Below are positions 35,569 to 40,000 of a stretch of DNA of 40,000 nt, piece by piece (position 1 is the first letter of the stretch; each line of letters starts with the position of its first letter). A program made the position numbers and the translations under genes. The stretch is from Halobacterium sp. CBA1126 (GTDB taxonomy: Archaea; Halobacteriota; Halobacteria; Halobacteriales; Halobacteriaceae). Under the pieces are notes generated by a model. It did not search any database and had not been told where the DNA came from. It saw nothing but the letters and a program-made list of their open reading frames with translations. The stretch covers positions 5,311 to 45,310 of the forward strand of contig NZ_WPCF01000007.1 in the NCBI RefSeq assembly GCF_009741975.1. The letters run 5' to 3'.

Positions 35569-36687
35569 CTACTCGCGGACCGCGGCCTCGACGTCGGCGA
35601 GGTCGCCGTCGGTCTTGAACGTCGTGCCGCCGTACTGCGTGCGGGAGGCCGCCAGCCCCGCGTCCCGGAGTTCGTCGAGGAACTCGTCCATGCCGACCGC
35701 GGGCTCGGACCACCGCTTGTAGAGGCGGTGCTGGTCGAAGTGCGTCGGCTCGTGGAGCTCGTCCGCGATCGTGTCGAGGAGCTTCCGCGCGCGCTTCGCG
35801 GTGCCCATGTAGTCGGTGACGTGCTCGCGGACCTCGGCGACGAACGCCTCGTCGTGGGCGGGGCCGAGCCACAGCGGGCCCGCGGCCAGCACCTGCCGGC
35901 CGCCGCAGTGCGCGCACGTCTCCGGCGCGTCCGCGACGAGGCCGTACTCGTGCTCGCGGTGGAGGCACTCCTGGCAGTGGTAGACGTAGCCGAGCTCGTC
36001 GACGGCCTCGTTGGCCTCGGTCGCGGTGTGCGAGAGGTCCAGGTACGTGCGGACGTAGTGGTCGCTGACGTGGCTGAAGACGGGCGTGACGCCGACGTCG
36101 TAGCGCGCGGCGGTGCGCGCGAGCGCCGACAGCAGCACGCGCAGCCCCATCTCGGCGTGGTACTCCGTGTTCCGGGGGACCGCCGAGTACTTCCGGACGC
36201 CGGACTCGAAGTGCGCGCCGCACAGCGGCGCGGTGTCGGTGGCGGTGACGCAGACGAGGTTGCGGGCGTTCGCGAACGCCGCGTCAGCGAACGGAATCGG
36301 CGACCCGAACGGGTCGAGGTCCACCACGTCGAAGAACCGGCCGTCCTCGTGGAGGAGGCTGTTGACGTTCCGCTCGACGACCTCGCCGTCGAGGTCGTTG
36401 CGCGCGAGGTTCTCCCGCGCGAGTTCGACCGAGTCGGGGTCGAGGTCCGCGAGCGTCGCCGTCCAGCCGTTGTCGGCCGCGCGCACGCCGCGGACGCCGC
36501 TGGCCGCCATCGCGTCGAGGTACGTCTCCGCGCGCGGCTCGCGCTCGCGGTACGCCGACAGCGCCGCGACCGTCAGGTCGCGGTTGAGCTCCTGCGTCGG
36601 GTTGAAGAACACGCCCTCGGCGGCGCCCTCGCCGCCGCCGGACTCCCCGGGCACTTCGACGGTCACGCCGCCTTCCTCGACGAGCAT
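35569..36687 (-). CDS. trm1: tRNA (guanine(26)-N2)-dimethyltransferase
   Basis: Part of ORF 35569..36879; ATG (cat 36685-36687) gives [13 protein letters not shown].... [21 protein letters not shown] and a Cys4 insert (CQEC...CAHC). Confidence 0.9.
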   Translation of the reverse strand: MLVEEGGVTVEVPGESGGGEGAAEGVFFNPTQELNRDLTVAALSAYREREPRAETYLDAMAASGVRGVRAADNGWTATLADLDPDSVELARENLARNDLDGEVVERNVNSLLHEDGRFFDVVDLDPFGSPIPFADAAFANARNLVCVTATDTAPLCGAHFESGVRKYSAVPRNTEYHAEMGLRVLLSALARTAARYDVGVTPVFSHVSDHYVRTYLDLSHTATEANEAVDELGYVYHCQECLHREHEYGLVADAPETCAHCGGRQVLAAGPLWLGPAHDEAFVAEVREHVTDYMGTAKRARKLLDTIADELHEPTHFDQHRLYKRWSEPAVGMDEFLDELRDAGLAASRTQYGGTTFKTDGDLADVEAAVRE

Positions 36688-36699
36688 ACCGCTACTCCG

Positions 36700-36835
36700 A
36701 GCGACGCCGAAAAAAGCACGACGGTTGCGAGGGCGCGAAGCGCCCTCGGAGACGCGAGCGGCGACCGGAGGGAACCGCGAGCTACGGGAGGCACAGCCGC
36801 CTCGGAAGTACGACCCGCAAAAAGAGGGCGTCGCC
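36700..36835. repeat. degenerate member of the hairpin-mosaic family between aceB and trm1
   Basis: GAAAAAAGCAC at the left end (reverse complement of the GTGCTTTTTT motif), hairpin GAGGGCGC-GAA-GCGCCCTC (36729-36747), and CCGCAAAAAG at the right end. Confidence 0.45.
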
Positions 36836-36894
36836 GTTGATGCCGACGGCGAGCGGTGCGGCCGCGGGCGGGTGAGCACGTCCGCGTACGGCCG

Positions 36895-38199
36895 TCAGTT
36901 CCCGACGTTGGTGGCGCGTTCGACGACGTCGGTGCCGTACTTCTCTTCGAGTTCGTCGTGTTGGTCGGGGCGGTGCTCGTAGACGTCCTGGAAGAGTGTG
37001 ATGGGGGTTTGGGCGGCCTGGTAGGTGGCTTCGTCCCACATGCGGTCTTTGCTGAGGTCGACGGTGACGCCGTCGACGTCGAGGGTGGCGGACTGGGTCA
37101 TCGCGATGGCGCCCTTGCCCGCTTCCTTGGCGGCTTCGAACTCCTCCATGGAGTCGACGATGTCGCTCATGCTGGGGACGTAGGCGGTGCGGTCGAGCAG
37201 CTCCTCGCGGAGTTCGTCGTCGTCGAGTTCGCGTTCGTCGCCGCCGACGCGGAGCACGTAGCCGTCGCCGGACGCCTCGAGGTCGAGGTCGTCGCCGTCG
37301 TAGACCTGGCGGCCGTCCTCGGCGTCGAGTTCGACCTCGCGGCCGCCGACGTCGAGCAGCCACGACCCGGACTCGGGCGGGAGCGGCGCGGTGTTGGCGA
37401 CTTCGACCTGCGCGGGGGTCAGCGACCAGATGCCGGTCATCCCCTTCGCGCGGTTCTCGCGCATGCGCTCGCGGTAGCCGTCGACGTCGCGGATGTCGTC
37501 GTAGGGGCCGTCGACGGCGACGAGGCCGGCGGCGCTGGCGCCCCGGGAGGTGTTGTGGCGCAACTCGGGCCACTCGGGGAGTTCGCCGGTGGGCGTCATC
37601 GCGCGCATGTCTTTGGTGTAGTCGACTTCGCCGTCGACGAGCAGGAACATGCGTTCGAGGGTGTTCGACGGTTTGCCCATCTCCTCGCGGAGGTCGCCCA
37701 TCGCGAGTTCGGCCTCGCCGCTCTCGACGATGACCGACATCGAGAGACTCCCCTCCTCGAGGCCGTGCTCGTGCTCGACGACGGTGATGGCCTCGTCGGC
37801 CTTCTTCCAGTCGTCGATATCACCGACCTCCGGGATGACGAAGCCGTCGATGTGGTCGACGGCGCCGCCGTCGGGGTCGGCGATGGTGAGCATCTGCTGG
37901 AAGCCGCGGTAGCGCGTGCTGGGGCTGTCGCGGTGCCACACCACGCGCGGGTGAATCTCCCCCGGGAAGTCGTCGCCGCGCTCGGCGACCACGTCCACGA
38001 TGTTCTCGGCGCCCTCCGCGCGCATCGACGGCGCGGTGGCGTCCTCGTTGTCCGGCACCCAGACGTCGGGCGCTTCGATGCCGCGGAGCTCCGCGGCGCT
38101 GCGCAGCATCTTCGCGGAGTCGTCCTCGCCTTCGACCGCGGTCGGCGTCGTGAAGAACGTGCGCACGAACTCGCGGTCGTACTGTCGGTTCGTACTCAT
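36895..38199 (-). CDS. aceB: malate synthase, haloarchaeal type
   Basis: 434 aa beginning MSTNRQYDREFVRTFFTTPTAVEGEDDSAKMLRSAA.... This matches my recollection of the Haloferax volcanii AceB-type malate synthase. Sits directly downstream of aceA. Confidence 0.85.
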   Translation of the reverse strand: MSTNRQYDREFVRTFFTTPTAVEGEDDSAKMLRSAAELRGIEAPDVWVPDNEDATAPSMRAEGAENIVDVVAERGDDFPGEIHPRVVWHRDSPSTRYRGFQQMLTIADPDGGAVDHIDGFVIPEVGDIDDWKKADEAITVVEHEHGLEEGSLSMSVIVESGEAELAMGDLREEMGKPSNTLERMFLLVDGEVDYTKDMRAMTPTGELPEWPELRHNTSRGASAAGLVAVDGPYDDIRDVDGYRERMRENRAKGMTGIWSLTPAQVEVANTAPLPPESGSWLLDVGGREVELDAEDGRQVYDGDDLDLEASGDGYVLRVGGDERELDDDELREELLDRTAYVPSMSDIVDSMEEFEAAKEAGKGAIAMTQSATLDVDGVTVDLSKDRMWDEATYQAAQTPITLFQDVYEHRPDQHDELEEKYGTDVVERATNVGN

Positions 38200-38245
38200 G
38201 GTCCCGTCATGTGTCGCATCCCATATTAATCATCGTCGTGACTCG

Positions 38246-39301
38246 TCAGTCGTCCTGGTTGGGTTCCGCCGCCGCTTCGTCGGCGGTGATGGGGTCGCTC
38301 TGGTCCTCGGTGAACCCCTCTGACTCCTCCATGCGCCGGCGGGCTTCGGGGTCGAATTGGGTCTCGATGTCCTGGTAGCGGCTGACCAGCGAGAGGTCGT
38401 GGTGGGACTCGGTCTCGTGGCCGAGGTAGCGGTCCTCGAGGTCGAACTGCGCCTGCTCGGCGTTCTCGGCGATGTTCTCCATGTCCTCGTAGACGGCGTG
38501 GGCGCCCGAGTGGAGCCCGTAGAGGGTGATGAAGATGTACTCGTAGCCGAGGTCGCCGAGCTCCTCGAAGGTCAGCGGGTCGTCCTGTTCGCTCCACGCG
38601 AACGACGACGAGTAGTTGAACGCCAGGTCGAGGTCCGGGTGGGTCTCGTGGATGGTCTCGGCGTACTCGACGGCGTCCTCGCGGGACGGGTCGGGCATCT
38701 CCGGCCAGACGAGGTCGGCGCCGGCGTCCGCGTAGATGCGGCCGCGCTCGAGGTGGTCCTCCCAGTCGCCGTTCGCGGAGCCGTACGAGTCGATGCGCGC
38801 GATGATGACGGTGTCCTCGGACTGCTTGGCGTCGACGGCGGCCTCGAACCGGGAGCGGGCCTTCTCCTGGGAGACGACCTCCTTCCCGGCGATGTGGCCG
38901 CAGCGCTTCGGCGTCGTCTGGTCCTCGATGTGGATCGCGGCGACGCCGGCCTTCTCGTACTCGCGGACCGCGCGCCGGACGTTGTGGACGCCGCCGTAGC
39001 CGGTGTCGGCGTCCGCGACGACGGGCAGGTCGGTGGCGTCGACGATGCGCTTGGCGTTCTCGACCATCTCGGTCATCGACACCATCTCGAGGTCCGGGAA
39101 GCCGAACTGCCCGAGGACCGTCGAGTAGCCGCTCATGTAGACGGCGTCGTGGCCGGCGCGCTCGGCGAGCCGCGCGTCGAGGGCGTGGTAGAGCCCGGGC
39201 GCGAACACGTAGGGGTCGTCGTTCGCGAGCAGCTCGCGGAACTCGCGGCCGGCTGCGTTGTCGATGTCTCGGTGCGTGTAGTCGGGGTAGTCGTCACTCA
39301 T
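38246..39301 (-). CDS. aceA: isocitrate lyase (ICL/PEPM superfamily, haloarchaeal type)
   Basis: 351 aa with the catalytic KRCGH motif ([15 protein letters not shown]) and the DADTGYGG Mg-binding block. Confidence 0.9.
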   Translation of the reverse strand: MSDDYPDYTHRDIDNAAGREFRELLANDDPYVFAPGLYHALDARLAERAGHDAVYMSGYSTVLGQFGFPDLEMVSMTEMVENAKRIVDATDLPVVADADTGYGGVHNVRRAVREYEKAGVAAIHIEDQTTPKRCGHIAGKEVVSQEKARSRFEAAVDAKQSEDTVIIARIDSYGSANGDWEDHLERGRIYADAGADLVWPEMPDPSREDAVEYAETIHETHPDLDLAFNYSSSFAWSEQDDPLTFEELGDLGYEYIFITLYGLHSGAHAVYEDMENIAENAEQAQFDLEDRYLGHETESHHDLSLVSRYQDIETQFDPEARRRMEESEGFTEDQSDPITADEAAAEPNQDD

Positions 39302-39425
39302 CAGTTGGCTCCGTGTGTCGGTGGCTCCAGACGGTCTCTGACAGCGATTCTTCCTCGTCGGCGTCGCCGCGGAGGTCCGGGACGACGGGGGCGCCGGTGT
39401 TCTCTATGTCGGTGTAGGTGGACAT
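39294..39425 (-). CDS. candidate 43-aa acidic upstream ORF overlapping the aceA start
   Basis: ATG (cat 39423-39425): [43 protein letters not shown]. Its stop lies 8 nt inside aceA. Below the ORF-track cutoff and supported only by position and composition. Confidence 0.25.
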   Translation of the reverse strand: MSTYTDIENTGAPVVPDLRGDADEEESLSETVWSHRHTEPTDE

Positions 39426-39526
39426 GGTGGGGTCTCTGTGGGTGGTCGCGGTGGTCGGTAGCCGGTGCGAGCGGGCGTCGTGTGGCGTACTGCGTGCATC
39501 GCATTCGGTGAGGGGACGAGCTACCG

Positions 39527-39597
39527 CATAAAGTTAATGAATAATAATGTAATATGGGTCGAATGGCATTAACAATAATTAAGGAATCAGTTTGACA
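39527..39597. promoter_or_regulatory. AT-rich island in the divergent aceA / SWIM-gene spacer
   Basis: CATAAAGTTAATGAATAATAATGTAATATGGGTCGAATGGCATTAACAATAATTAAGGAATCAGTTTGACAC is the most conspicuously AT-rich stretch I noticed in a very GC-rich window. It contains several TATA-like runs on both strands. Confidence 0.5.
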
Positions 39598-39661
39598 CGT
39601 CACTACGTACCACGGGCCCGCGACCGAACCTGCTAAACCACGCGCCACCCAACAGAGGGTC

Positions 39662-40000
39662 GTGCCCGAGGTCGACGACTGGCGGACCGCGCTCGCCGAC
39701 GCCGGCGAGCTCACCGCCCCCATCGTAGAACGCCTCCTCGCCGACCACGGCGACCGCGGCCAGCGCGCCGTCGAGGCCGCCAGCGAGGGCCGCGTCAAAC
39801 AGTACAACGACTTCACCGTCGTCGTCGGCCACGAAGACGAGTACATCGTCGAAGGCGGCAACTGCAACTGCCAGGACGCCCAGTACAACCTCGACCCCGA
39901 CGAGTCCTGCTGGCACGCCATCGCCGTCGACGTCGCCGAACGCGTCGGCGAAGTCGACCACCACGACATGTACTACAGCGAAGTCCGAGACTTCCTGTAG
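39662..40000 (+). CDS. SWIM zinc-finger protein
   Basis: GTG start; CxC-x(n)-CxH signature GGNCNCQDAQYNLDPDESCWH; 112 aa, ending with TAG at the window edge. Confidence 0.7.
   Translation: MPEVDDWRTALADAGELTAPIVERLLADHGDRGQRAVEAASEGRVKQYNDFTVVVGHEDEYIVEGGNCNCQDAQYNLDPDESCWHAIAVDVAERVGEVDHHDMYYSEVRDFL

Overview
GC-rich chromosomal core segment from a haloarchaeon (class Halobacteria-like: strongly acidic proteins, TATA boxes about 25-35 nt upstream of start codons, consistent with mostly leaderless mRNAs). About 45 tightly packed genes, almost all housekeeping. They include aRF1, a MinD-type ATPase, ArgRS, Taw1, RibK-RibB, NhaC, IlvE, proline dehydrogenase, CarS, PyrE plus a PyrE-like HTH regulator, an NCS2 purine permease, glutaredoxin, TiaS, a ThrC-like enzyme coupled to an AstE-like deacylase, citrate synthase, IlvA, RidA, tRNA-Ser(GGA), a TRAM protein, thermosome, the divergent lrp-glnA pair, YihY, Trm1 and the haloarchaeal aceA-aceB glyoxylate operon. 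I see no CRISPR array, rRNA, transposase, integrase or recognisable defence locus, and no convincing new multi-gene system. Four things are not explained by ordinary annotation. (1) A dispersed family of REP/BIME-like hairpin mosaics, built around a T5...palindrome...A5 cassette, occupies at least five intergenic regions directly downstream of stop codons. One copy is flanked by a perfect 33-bp duplication of a gene's 3' end. (2) Partial tRNA 3'-end copies in both orientations lie downstream of tRNA-Ser. (3) Six frame disruptions occur in five conserved, mostly housekeeping genes (argS, carS twice, thrC-like, ridA, glnA), all compatible with loss of G from a GGC context. This is most likely a systematic sequence or assembly error rather than biology. 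(4) Four convergent gene pairs have stop codons that abut with no spacer, always as TGA next to CTA.
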